Source: Aplysia californica (Eukaryota). From it: a stretch of 62,971 nt of DNA. Positions 12,310-25,500 of this stretch are shown here, piece after piece. Location: the NCBI RefSeq assembly GCF_000002075.1, contig NW_004797741.1, positions 436,822-499,792 of the forward strand, given 5' to 3'. The notes under the pieces are model-generated. The model searched no databases. It saw nothing but the letters and a program-made list of their open reading frames with translations, and was not told the DNA's origin. The first letter of the stretch is position 1; the number at the start of each line of letters is the position of its first letter. Position numbers and translations under genes: made by a program.

Positions 12310-13100
12310 CAGTGGAACTCGCATTCAACGAGAACACGCATTCAACAAGATGAGATAGATTCCCCATTTTTTGTTCTTCTTTGAAATCAATAAAAATAAC
12401 CTGGATTCAACGAGCTTGGATTCAACGAGGTCGCTTCCAGGGTGAACAGCCCCCGCAGACGTGGCTTCGCTCCTTTTTCTCCCAGAACGAACTTTATCTA
12501 TTCCCGGAAACGATCCATTGCACCTGCATCGTGAACTATTATTCACTTAGCCGATTGCATGCGACCAATCAGCGGCCTTTTTTCATACCAACACATGCGT
12601 TGTTGGCACGTGCACGTGTCTACTCTGGCGTGTGTCGGGGAGTCGGTTGGGCAGCCTGCACAGGTGTGGCTGTGTGTGCGTATCGGCACTAACAGTCCGA
12701 GCGTTGAACGTCGCAGATACAAGCGAGTCACAATTTTTTCCTCCTCGGCAACTAATCATTAACGATGAAGCTAGTCTTGACGTAGATCTAAGTAATGAAT
12801 TGTGTGCTGGTCTATGGAATCAAAAGTTGCCGTATGCTTGGCTCTACACAGCAACACAACTTTTTGGTAAACAATCGAGATGACATAGGCGGGTGCATTC
12901 GAACGAATCTGTCTTTTTTTACACAGCTTATAACATGCATGCATTTCAGGCACTACTTGTGACTTCTCTTTATACGTTACCCATTCTTGCTCAGTGCCTG
13001 TAATTATCTACACAAAACCTCTTGTTTGCTATAAAGAACACTCGGATTCAACGAGATTTTAGGTCAGGCCCGGCGACCTCGTTGAACCCAAGTTCCACTG
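12310..13100. mobile_element. Tc1/mariner (pogo/Tigger-like) MITE
   Basis: TA|CAGTGGAACT...TTCAACGAG ... CTCGTTGAA...AGTTCCACTG|TA, with internal GGATTCAACGAG repeats. Confidence 0.8.
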
Positions 13101-14556
13101 TATATGCCATACTTGCCACCTTCTGCCAGTGTCTACAGTATTGCAAGGAATTGTCTTCTATTCCTGCAGCTAAAACTTGAATTCTTTGCATCTGCATGTT
13201 AAATATGCATAGAAGCTAGCAGAGGGTTATTGCTATTTTCATCTCTGTTCTAGATCAGGAACCTACTTGAAGCTGAAGGGGAAGGTTTTGTTTCAGATTC
13301 CCTCCTAACTGTGTGGAATATCATAGACTCTTGACCATTTTGTTTCTTGTGTACGTTCTTTTTGTCTGGGCAGTGAAAAGGTATTCTTTTACTTTTATGG
13401 ATAGAGGAGAGAAGTTCTCTTTGTTTTTAACCTGTGAAAATGATACGTGAAGTAAATGCAGTATTTGTTGTCTGCTTGAGACAATTGCAGGCGTTACTGC
13501 AGTAGAACTTAGTTCAGTATGATGTTGGTTATGAAACCATTAAGTTCATGATGAACTGACTCGAGCTGCCATTTTCTTGTCAAACATGTTGATGCTTTAG
13601 CGATATTTTACTGCATTGTGTTTTATGATGTGATTAACATTTTTTTTATTATTTATTTTTTTCAACTTAAGTATAATTTCATCTTTGTTTCGTTAATCAA
13701 TAATTTTCAATAAACCATCTTCGCTCTTCCGACGAATAAGTTTATTTTGCTCTTGAAGTTATGTTTTTTTAGATTAATTTCAATGTTATGTTTGTGAACA
13801 TTTCAAAGTGGTTACTGTACTGTTGATAAAGTGCAAGTATAAAAGTTTCATCTGTGGTTGCCAAATATAAAGCCATCTATTCAGCTTTGAGTCTGACGTA
13901 ATTCAAAGGAGAGACCCTTTGACGTGTAAAGCCAGTGATTTTGTTATTCTGATTTAGGCCTACATACTATGAATTACCTTCTCTTGCATTTATTTTTGAC
14001 AGGGGGTTGGAGAGTGCAACAGACTGGCAGATTACTTTCCACCGTTTTTACATTTTGATCTGTCTTGCTTTTTATCCCCCAAAATGACTGTTAAAGCATC
14101 TATTTGCCTTTCATTACCTCAAACTCAAACTGCAGTTTTTCTAAAGCAAGGTGAAAGACAAGATTGGAATTAATTGAAGCTTTCCCATCACTATAAAATT
14201 GAGTTGCTGATAGAACAGAAAGAATCCTGGCTCACATAGTGTGACATCATAGTGAGTGAGCACTATTCCTGTCTGTTTAAAAAAGTGTCCTTACTTTACA
14301 CACCCTCGTCTACACAATTTAAATCATTTCAGACTATTCAGAGGCAGAGGCAGTGTCAACCTTGCCTGTCAGAGCCAACCTGGGCTGAGAAAGATACAAC
14401 ATACCTGCATAAAAACTGATACACTTGATAAAAATTATCCCCATACAGGAATGAAACTCAGATCTTCTGAGTGTGATGGTGAAATTAATAACCACTACAC
14501 CACAGACAATACACACCAAAAATAGACAATAACTTTTTACATTCTGCAAACACATG

Positions 14557-14562
14557 TTTATT
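14557..14562 (-). terminator. Candidate CXXC1 polyadenylation signal AATAAA
   Basis: tttatt on the + strand ~65 nt past the stop codon. Other candidates lie further downstream. Confidence 0.45.
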
Positions 14563-14627
14563 TCATATATCTCTCTATACTCTATACAATAAAACTGTAC
14601 ATTGGAAGGAACAAAAAATAGCATGAC

Positions 14628-14768
14628 TCAGTTTGGGGTTGTCTTCATGGGCGTAGTGGGATCGTGGTCAACAGTCTGGTGTAACATGAGTCCCAGCACA
14701 CCCATACGGTTGGACATTGCCATTCGAATGTTGCGCTCTTGCTCAAACAGATCATCCAGTTTCATCCA
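14628..14768 (-). CDS. CXXC1: CXXC1 exon 14 (terminal)
   Basis: WMKLDDLFEQERNIRMAMSNRMGVLGLMLHQTVDHDPTTPMKTTPN*. This exon is not in the ORF track. Confidence 0.95.
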   Translation of the reverse strand, partial: WMKLDDLFEQERNIRMAMSNRMGVLGLMLHQTVDHDPTTPMKTTPN

Positions 14769-17700
14769 CTGAAAGAACAACAAAAATTACTTCTGTAGGA
14801 GTTTAACGGTACTTGCAACACAATTAGTTTAGGCCATGATGAGCGCCTTAGAGGTGTTACTAGACGAGTAGACGGCAACATAAGAAGGAAGAGACATTAA
14901 TCATTAATAAATATAGATGTTTGATGGGAAAGAAGGCAAACCAAACCAGAGCACCAGCCAACCACTAACAGATTATAACAAAATTGAAAAATTACCACAT
15001 AATTTACTTTGAAAGATAAGACAACAATATAATGATGGTTATAAACAGCTTTATAAAAAGCAAGACAGATCACAGCCAATGACAAAAGAGCCCGATATGA
15101 AGAAAAAATAGGACATACCAGAAGAGACCTCAAAATGCTTTCACCAAACAATTAGAAACCAACAGTCACATCAGCTTCATGTTCGTGAATAACGAGCTAA
15201 AAGTGTTAATTTATCTTTGCCATTTTATATAAATAGAGAATAGCCAGTTTTCGTATGACTTGATATAAAAACGTCAAAGTCAAAGCAAAAAACTGAAGAA
15301 AAAGTACATGTAAATCACAACAACTCAAGACAGTGATCTCTTATTCAGAGCCACTGGAATGGCCTTGTTTGTTTTTTATTCACAATAACCAAGCAAAATC
15401 TACCAGTACCAACCCCCTTTTCTCCAAACATTAATGTTGAAGTGTTGTAAGGAATACAGTTAAACACTGGCAGAACAAGCCCGGGCAGTAAAAATGGTTA
15501 TTTTAAGATTCTTTATACTTTATTCAGTAGTTCTTTATTTCAGTCAACACACACACACAAATATACTTTTCCTCACATAGTCCTTTTTGGTCAAAGTAAT
15601 ACAGTGGAGTCCACTTATAACGAGTCCAGAAATAACGAGAAGTCTGTTATACTGTTATAAAGACACCATTCTAAAACCCCTTCTTTTCCCCTTCTTTATC
15701 TTTGTAATAAAATACTGTTATAGCACAATCAGACAAACACGCGAGTCGGTTATAGCGGGATATTGCTGCTGCTATGCACAGCGCATAGGCCAATTACACA
15801 TGATAAAACCTCGCCAGTTGAGAAACTTGTTGGTGATCTAGCGAAACCAAGGACCTTACATCAACTCCTTGAGCGAAACAAAGAATAGGAGCTCTTCACT
15901 TCTCCGTTGCGGGAATGGAGAGGTCACAATGCTGTGATGGATGGGGCGAATGTGACATGCACGCAAGCAGAAGGAACGCACCACGTGGTGTAGTGTGGTT
16001 GGGAACAACACAGCGGGCGAGTTAGCCTAGAGCACTATCTGTCAACATTGCAAGCGCTAGAGATAGAAACCCGATTGGATTTTTGATCAAGTAAGACCAA
16101 GAGGTCATATTGAACAATATCATCCTCAGGGGAGATAAAAAGAAATAAACAGAACACCAAACTCATAGACTAGGCCTACAGTATTTTTTTTTTTTTAATT
16201 TATTACTGGATCCCTTATAACGAGAATCATGGTATAACACACATTTCGCACTGGTCCCCTCCCTTTCGCTATAACAGGATTCCACTGTAGAAGGAATAGT
16301 ATACATGGTACATATGTACTGTATAAAGTATTTCTTCCCAAGAAAAGAAAAAAAAGAAGTTATTGGTGTTGCTTCTTCTCCCTTTCGCCAACATCCATGA
16401 CAAACTTTTGTATCCCCATGAACATAAAAAAACTGCCCCCCCTCCCCCCATTATTGACCATGAAAAAGAGGCCTAACAAGTGTCTCACCCCTATTTTTAG
16501 ACAAACGCACACAGCGCGTATGAAACTCCAGCGCACCCGCCAGCCAAAGGTAGGCCTAGAGCCTCCCCTCCCCAGGGTCCCAGGCTAGGAGTAAGGCTTG
16601 GCCGAACAAAGTAAAAATGAAGCGAATCCATTATGTCAGCCATAGGCTTAAGCCTCTATACGTTCTTACTCTGAACTTGTGCTGATAAGTGTAAGGACAG
16701 TGTGTAGCCACTGTGTAGGCAGACTCGCATGGCAGTTGGGCAACTCTTGGTTCGGTCAACTCAAAGAGACAAGCTGGTTCATTTCTTCAGTCGTAAATAA
16801 AAAGGAAAAAGACTTGTTGGGCAAGAGAATTGGTTTGTTACAGCCGTCAGTTTGTTATTGTATGTTTACTAAAAGTGTCAAAATATAAATGACACAAAGA
16901 GAGAAAAAAAAACGGGCAAAGAAATGTGTTCTTTAAATTTCTGTCAGTTCTTTACAGGTGTGCTCTACTTACTATTTTGGTACCAGTAATACTTCCGGCA
17001 GCAGATTATTTATAGCAGACACAAAAAAATAATCTTTGGACATACATCATGTTCCATTAGCCAACATACTCTTGATTTTTCTCAAGAGCGAATGATAATT
17101 TTAACGAGCTCTTAGTCTATGTTAATGCTGATAACCAAAAGCAACCACAGTAATCTTAGAGTTCAATAAAGTCGATTCTTTTATAACTCACTCGCTGCCA
17201 GCTTCTTACTAATCTAAGCTCAGACCAAGCTGCCTGCCAGCTTTTTTTTTTTACCTTTTTCAAAATTCAGTTACTCTGTACCTATTTACGTTAGATTTAT
17301 GAAAATTGGCCAGTTTCAGAAAGAGATGTTGCCTCTTTACAGAACAGGAAAAAAAAAACAAATTTTGGGGACTAAAACTTTTTTTGGGCCTGACAAGCTA
17401 GTACAATATTTTTGCAGTGTTTATGAGAGTGTTGCTGTTTCTGTTCTAAAAATACTAAATATGTATGTGTATAATATATACACACAAAAATATTTTACCC
17501 TTTCGCACTTAGTCACTTAGCAGGCTTGGCCGGCTGTGCCCCCCCCCCCCCCCATCCTTAAGACAAGGGCAATAACTCCAGGAAAATTGAAGGGGTACCT
17601 TACAAAAAAAAATTGTATAAAATCACAAACACAACCAAAAATGATGAAAATAGTATTTTCTGAAAGGAAAATGAATGAACTAAATTACTAGTACAAAATT

Positions 17701-20700
17701 ATAAGTGGAATAGAAGAATATGAAATTATATGAGAGGTCTTTCTGAGATGCGTGTCTTGGATTCAGAGTAATCAGAGTCTAGATCTAGATCTCGTATACA
17801 TTTCTTCAACTCACGAATTTTCTGCCACTGACAAAGAGGTAATCCACACAAAAGAAATACAACACATTCACAGAGATTGAAGCCTCTGGTGGAAACTTGA
17901 AAGCACCTAAAAGACTTTTCTTTGGGTGTTTTTATTTTGTTTCTGTCGTACTTATATCGGGCAGCTTTGCGCCCATGCATCCTAGAGACATGATGGCGTG
18001 TTTACAACTAAAATCTCCTCCGACTTTTGTGCCCGCTCAAAAAGTGACTCTTTGTGCTAGCGAAACAAGAAAAACACCATAGTAAACCGGAACTCTTCCT
18101 CTATAAAGATAGCTAAGTGAAACTTCTGATGATAGTAAAAGTAGAAGCAAAGAAACAAACACCCCCGTGGCGGGCGCTATAGGGATGAGCGGGGGTCACC
18201 GGCACGGGCGCATACGGGCTCTGTAAGTGCGAAACGGTTAATAAAACAAAGAAATCTGAATTGATAAGTTTACGGTGACTTAGGCTACACTATTTGGAGC
18301 GTCACCACCAGAATCACTAGTACTTGTACTAGTACAGTGGAATCCTGTTATAACGAGAGGGAGGGGACCGGTGCGAAATGTCCGTTATAGCAGGATTCTC
18401 GTTACAAGGGATCCAATTATAAATTCAAGGGAAATGATAAAGTAAAGTAGGCCTAATCTATGAGTTTGGCGCTCTGTTTATTCCTTTTTGTATTTCCCCT
18501 GATGATGACTTGTTCAACATGATCTCTAGGTCTTACTTGATCAAAAATCGAATTAGGTTTCTTTCTCTAGCACTAGCAATGTTGACAGCTGGGCGTTGGC
18601 GATCAGAAAGAAGGGGGTCTGGCTCTAAGCTAACTCGCCCGCTGTGTTGTCCCTCACCCCACCACACCCTGCGGTGCGTTGCGTCTGCTTGCGCACGTCA
18701 CACATTCACTCCATCTATCACAGCATTGTGACTTCTCCATCCCACACCAGAGAAGTGAGAGGCACTGTATGCCTAGATAATCTAGACTAGGCTGGCCTAT
18801 CACGCGATGCGTTCTGCTTGTCTGCGCATGCCACTCACTCCCCACTCATTTGCTCCGGCCTTCATCATTGTTGGTTCGCGTGGGCTCTCCCATTCTTAAT
18901 TTCGCTGGATCACCAACAACTTTCTCAACTGGCAAGGTTTTATAATATGTAATTGGTCTGTGCGCTGTGCACAGCAGCAGCAATATTCCATTAAAACCGA
19001 CTCACGTGACGGTCTGATGGCGCAATAGCAGTATTTTATTTACAAAGATAAAGAAGGAGAAAAAACTGGGTTTTAGAATAGTCTTTATAACAAACTTCTC
19101 GTTGTTTCAGGACTCGTTATAAGTGGACTCCACTGTACTAGTACAAGCTTGCTGTTGTCGACAGGCAATCTACCTCTTTCTCTCATCTCAAACTACCATC
19201 ACTACCATAATTTTGCACTTCATCATCTGAATTCGAGTTCATTGAATCTTATGGATTCAGAATCTCAAAAATATTACGAGCCATCTTCAATTCACATTGG
19301 CAAAAGAATCACGTTAGCGTTTGGTCGACCTCAGCTGACTGACATTTAAAACCAAACCCAGAATTAGGACAAAGGGAACTCCTGTTCCAAAAATAGGCAG
19401 GACTTCATGGGAAATCATTTAATAAAGTGAAACTGCTCTGAGTGGTCAAAGGAATGTTACTCTAGAAACTGGGCTATGCCGTTGCTGCATATGTGATGGT
19501 TATTAGTAATACTGTGGAATCCTGTTATAACGAAAGGGAGGGGACCAAAGTAAAATGTCCGTTTTAGCAGGATTCTTGCTATAAGGGATCCAGTAATAAA
19601 TTCAATGGAAACTGTAAAGTAGGCCTAATCTATGAGTTTGGTGTTCTGTTTTTACTTTTCCTATCTCCTCTGATGATGATTTTGTTTCAACATGACCTCT
19701 AGGTCTTGCTTGATCAAAAATCGAATCAGGTTTGTTTCTCTAGCGCTTGATCTAGCGATGTGGACTGACAGCTCGGCGTCGGCGATCAGAAAGAAAGGGC
19801 TCTGGGCTAACTTGCCCGCTGTGTTTTCCCCCCACCCCATCCCACCCTGTGGTGCATTCTGTCTGCTTGCGCACATCACACATTCGCTCCATCCATCACA
19901 TTGCTGTGACCTCTCCATCCCCACATCGGAGAAGTGAGAGGCATGGTAGGCCTTGATAATCTAAACTGGCCTATCACTAGATGCGTTTTGCTTGTCTGCG
20001 CATGCCACACCCTCCCTACTCAGTTGCTCCGGCCTTCATTGCTGACACACGCAGGCTCTCCTATTCTTTGTTTCGCAAGATCAGCAACAAGTTTCTCAAC
20101 TGGCAAGGTTTTGCATTATGTATAATTGGCCTTTGCCATGTGCACAGCAGCAGCAATATTCCGCTATAACCGACTCGCAATTGTGTCTGATAGCGCTATA
20201 GCAGTATTTTATTTACAAAGGTAAAGAGGAGAAAAAAACGGGGTTTTAGAATAGTGTCTTTAAAACAGACTTCTCGTTTTTTCCGGACTCGTTATAAGTG
20301 GACTCCACTGTATTAGTCTATCCCCGCAGAATTATGCAAATTTAGACGGCAAAATTATGCAAGTTACTGTAACACCATTCGCGACATGTTTTGCACTTTT
20401 TCAACAAGAATTTTCATGTTTTATGTACAGAAAAATTGAAAACAGAACATATCACTATAATCAGTATCTGTAATTTGTTGTGTATTTGGAAAGAAAACAA
20501 TACACATCAGTCAGATTTTTTTTTTTTAAACCACCAAAAAAATATAATCTTTGTAACTTCCAGCTGTAGATCTAGATCTATAGAGAAAAGAAAAATGTTC
20601 CCTAAAAAAAATTTTTTTTAAGGACATCTGGAACTCTGATGCTGGCACATCACTAAAACCAGGGACACCTGTCAAACATGAAACAGCAGACATGAGAACA

Positions 20701-22512
20701 ACTTTTGATGGATTGAAAAATTGAACATGCTGAAGGAACAAAATCCCTGACTGACACATAACCATCAAGATCTTCTAACAAGGGAAATAACCAACTTGTC
20801 ACTTAAATGAGACTTATTACGTTGATTACTTCCCTTTAGTCACATGGCGAGGCGTTAATTGTTTTGAGACAAAAGGAAAGAAACATGAAAAAGAACGCAG
20901 GGAATCCAAAATTATGCAACCGCGGCCGCACAATAGCATATTCCGACGGGGACAGATTAGTAGAAATAAAGAGGAAAATATGCGACCGGCACGGGTGCAG
21001 TGCCTATTGACCGACATGGGTGCGGCAATGACGGTGAGTGAGTTATGCGGCCGGTGTAGATAACAACATTTACCTTTACCTTTCGCTTCCCTCCCTCCCT
21101 CATTCCCTTCTGCCAGTCTCTCACCTGTCGGAGTCTCTGCATATCGATTTCCGCCCGCCTCAACTTTTCCCAACAGAAGTGTTTCACACACTTCCTTTTT
21201 GGGGCACGACACAGCACGTCGCCTTCAGTGAACAGGTTGACTGGGATGGGGCAACCGCAGACAGCATCAGGGTTGACCTGCCAGTGAATCAATTTTCATG
21301 TTTAGTAAGCTTTTTTTGCTGCACTTGCTACACAATCAGGTCAGATATATATGTCTGGAAGATTAGAGGTGTTCCAACAAAGTAACAAACACAACAAAGA
21401 AATTGAGAGATTTATAAAGGAAGATAGATCATGTTTGATTGGAATGAAGGAGCATACCACACCAGAGCACCCGCCAAATACTCGCATTCAGTTTTCATTC
21501 ATAGATTCAAATTCAGACTTAATTAACATTTTTGTGATAACTCTTCAATCACTTGTTAGCAGTATACAAAGACTTCCAAAGAAAAAAACCTCTACCATTG
21601 GAAGAAAACATTTTCCAAGGACACAACAAAAGTTTAACAACAAATTATAAAGAATAAAACTGAACACACAGCTTATGGACATGGCACAAAACAATTAAAT
21701 TAATAAAGCATATACAACAGTCAGACCTCTGTAAGACGGCCACCCATTGTCAAGGAGAAAAGTGGCCGTATAAGACAGGTGGCTGTCTTAGGCAGGACTG
21801 ATCAAGATGAAACAAACCCAATTCCCAATCGAAAGTAGCCGCATTATTGTTGTTTTTGTTGTTGTTGGTTTGTATTTTGTTTGTTATTTTTATTTTGTTG
21901 CTGATTTTGTGCAAGGGTGACAATAAAACGAAATGTATCAGACAAGGAGGACCGAGTGCTATGGTAAAACAAACATGTCGCCACCACTCGAAGAACGAGC
22001 GACGCTTCAGCAACAAGTCCATGTTGACGTCCATTGTTACTTTGTTACAGACTGGGTAAACAGTGACCACTCATCTCACTTACGATTTGTGTATGAGTTC
22101 TGGGCGGGGTTTATGGGTTATGAGGGATCACACGCTTCCGCGGCCGCGTTGGACAGGTGCCCGTTTTAAACAGTTAAATTATATCTAGAAAAAACGTAAG
22201 GGGGAAATGGAAAGTGGCCGTTTGTACAGGCCGTCAGGGCAGGTTCGACTGTATACATGGGAAGATTGAAGAGTCCAAATCTTATTGTGTCTAAAAACTA
22301 AAAATAGGAATTACAGTCAAACCTTGTTATACTACCACCTTTGGGACAAGCTCAAAGTTGGCAAAACTGAGAGAAGTGGAGCTAGGAGTTTGACAAGTCT
22401 CATCTGTTCAACTATAGAAGGGACAGCCTAAAGACAAGGGAAATGATTGTGGTGTGTGATCTGTATTTGAAAAAAGTGTCTCTTTGTTGGTAGTTTATGT
22501 AATGTAATAAGA

Positions 22513-22545
<33 letters not shown>

Positions 22546-25500
22546 GTCTCTCCCTCCCTCCCTCCCTCTCTCTCTCTCTGTGTGTGAGTGACTGTCACTC
22601 CTCAGGTCGCCTCAGACTTGTCACATAGACTCGAGTGTGATTCTTTAGAAATAAACACTTAACAGGTGCTCACACTCACAAGCCTGGCAATACAACTAGG
22701 GAGGGACAAAAAAGAACAATGTTTGACTATATCGATATGAACAGACATATAAACTTATCTTTTACTGTCTAAAATCTTATACAGAAAAGAAAAATCGATA
22801 GCAACTAATTTGAAAGCAGCACAAAGACCACTACAAATATAACTGATATGAGGAAAAATCAGAAGAAAAATAGAAACTAGCAGAGAACGAAAGTGATTCG
22901 ATAAAGCCAGGTGGCATCTTCAGATTAAAACCATGCATTATTCAACCATAAACTTTTTTTTTACAGATCTATTATCCCAATGTATCCCCTGCTGATCCAA
23001 GTAGGCATACAGTTAACTGTACAACAAGGATGGAATTCAGAGAATGCGTAACCATCTTAACACATTACACCCTAACTCGCCCCGGAATTCCCTTACGCGC
23101 TCCACCCTGACTCGCCCGGAACTGACCGCGCCGACCTAGCGTCTTTAGAAACAAAGTTTCGTGGCCGTGATTTTGATTTGCATAGTTATAGCAAAAAGTT
23201 TCTTCTTTCGTTTGATACCGAAACGAAATTTTTCGGGCCAGTAGTTTTAGTATTAGAGCTGATCGAAGTGCGATCGCGTTACCGACACTTCGAAAGTGTC
23301 TCCACTTGTTGAAAAGCGACTCAATTGAATTCGAAAACGGAAATAACGATGGATTTGACCAAAAACAAGCACATGACAAATCAGATGGCTCAGATTTTGA
23401 TGAAATTGTTGTTGGAAGAGTTTGGGGCGATTCCGATTGATCAGAAGGAGAAAATCTAGAATTTAGATCTAGGGCCTGACCGCGAGGCTGAGAGTGAGAG
23501 TGACGGGTCGGACACCCCGATTGAACTGAAGTCAGAACATTTCCAACAGTTTGCGCATACATAAAGTTATATTTTTCTGAAACTACATTCAGTTTTCTTT
23601 AAAACTTTTATTTTTTCAGGATTTTTGGAATTTGTTTAGTATTTTTAAAATGTGTTTAGGATCTAGGAATGGACTTCCCGTCCAGGCCTTTAGGGTGTAA
23701 TGTGTTAAGCAAAGATCACACAGTACAGGAGTACAAAATTTGAAATGAAGAAAAGCCTATTAATAGGTACCAGAAACTAAATTTTCAAACTAGCTGTATG
23801 CCAAATTTATCTGTTCCATTTGAAAGGCCTATATCCACTGAGCATTTTGGTACCATTCTTTAACATCTCCGTCAATTTTTAAGAAAATTGTAGTTGTTTA
23901 AAATTTGATCAAATTTGTTAAAGTTAGTCACTGGCTGCAACCCCATGTTTGACAGACAATGAAAAAGTAACAAGTCCACTAAACATCTCCACATTAACAG
24001 AGTACAATCACTATAACAAATATATGGAGCATAATTTTTTTCAAGACTGTGAGATCATTACAAATCAGTACTTTATCACCTCAAACACGATATCTGTGGT
24101 TATTTCGACAAAAACACCGAGCGTTGACCCGGCCGGCGTCGCATCGGCCCCCGCGGTGAGCAAGTCGGCTCTATACTGTAGTGTACCCCGCGTGCGGGGT
24201 CACATGCTTTCTGAGTCTCGCGGAAGGATTGATGTAAAATAATTCCAATTTAATTACTTTATTCTAATAGGAAATGAACTGATCTTTTAATTAATCATTT
24301 TTATAAGCCGGTATTTTCCATATTTTGTGTAAAAAGTGATCTTCAAACATTTTGACGGTATTTTTAAAAGCTTTCTATAAAGACACCAAAGGCTAAACTT
24401 ATATCACAGGAAAGCCTGTTTAAAGCTCTACAGTTCTCCGCCAATGAAAAGACGGTATTTAATCATCCCTCATTCCGCGAAGCATTTGAATGCACGCGAG
24501 TCAATTTTTCAACCGGCCGACCTCGCATTCTGACCGCGAGGGACTTCGCTTTCGTCGGCGATTCTCCAGCTCCTAATAATTGGACATATAAACAACTTAC
24601 ACCATTGTAACGAGGAAAAGCTGAACTTTTACAAGGTGTACGGCATTTGGTGTTTTATAGCGAAAGAGCAAAGAAATAGCGATCGGAATTAACCCGATTT
24701 TACCGATACCACGCGGTCGGAAGGCCGAGAGTGCCCGCGAGGCCGTGTTTACGCTACCTACTATTAATACGTTCGGACTATTCACCAAAGGATGGAGGTG
24801 AGGGAGAGATAAAGAGAAACAAAACCCAAAATTATCCCATCATTTTAGAAAGGGCTTTGGTACTTCAGGCCTACACTTACCTTAGGCTCCTTTGTGTGTT
24901 CAGGACACAGAATTTTCAAACGTTTACAGTACATCTTCTGCTGAGGGTTGTAGAAGTCACAGAACATGGAATTTCCTTCAATGCGGGTCTTGTAAATGGA
25001 CCAAAAGGAGGTTTGCGCCTCAAACTGTAAAAGAGAACAACAAAAATTACTGGAAAAGTTGCCCACCTAACAACCTGCCACTCTGTTCAACACATCCTTC
25101 TTCAAATAAAAAGGACAAAACGTATTGTTCAGATCCTGCCTTGTGAACACACTGAATAAACTTGAAAGAAAGAACGTGTTTGAAAAACAAATACTTACCA
25201 AGGTCTATATCACAAGCAAACACTACCCTTGAATGTGAATAACAACAAAGCAGAACAAAACTTAAATGATTCCAGTTTCTAAAATTGTCAAAGTCAGAAA
25301 AGCAGTAAGTAGAATGACCATCGCTGTGGTAAAAGTTGTAAGCTTCATAACGTCTTGATTCAAGCCAGGACACCCGGTCTTTCAAACACAGACATTTTAA
25401 ACAGAGGTTACACTTTCCTGTTAAAAAATACAATTCAATGGACTTCCCTTTCATACACATCACATTGAGACAAGGGTTTGGTTGGAGTTATTTATTAATA

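Noticed and set aside
23065-23562. 165-aa ORF
   Set aside because: It lies inside a TTAA MITE and has no recognisable domain or transposase motif.
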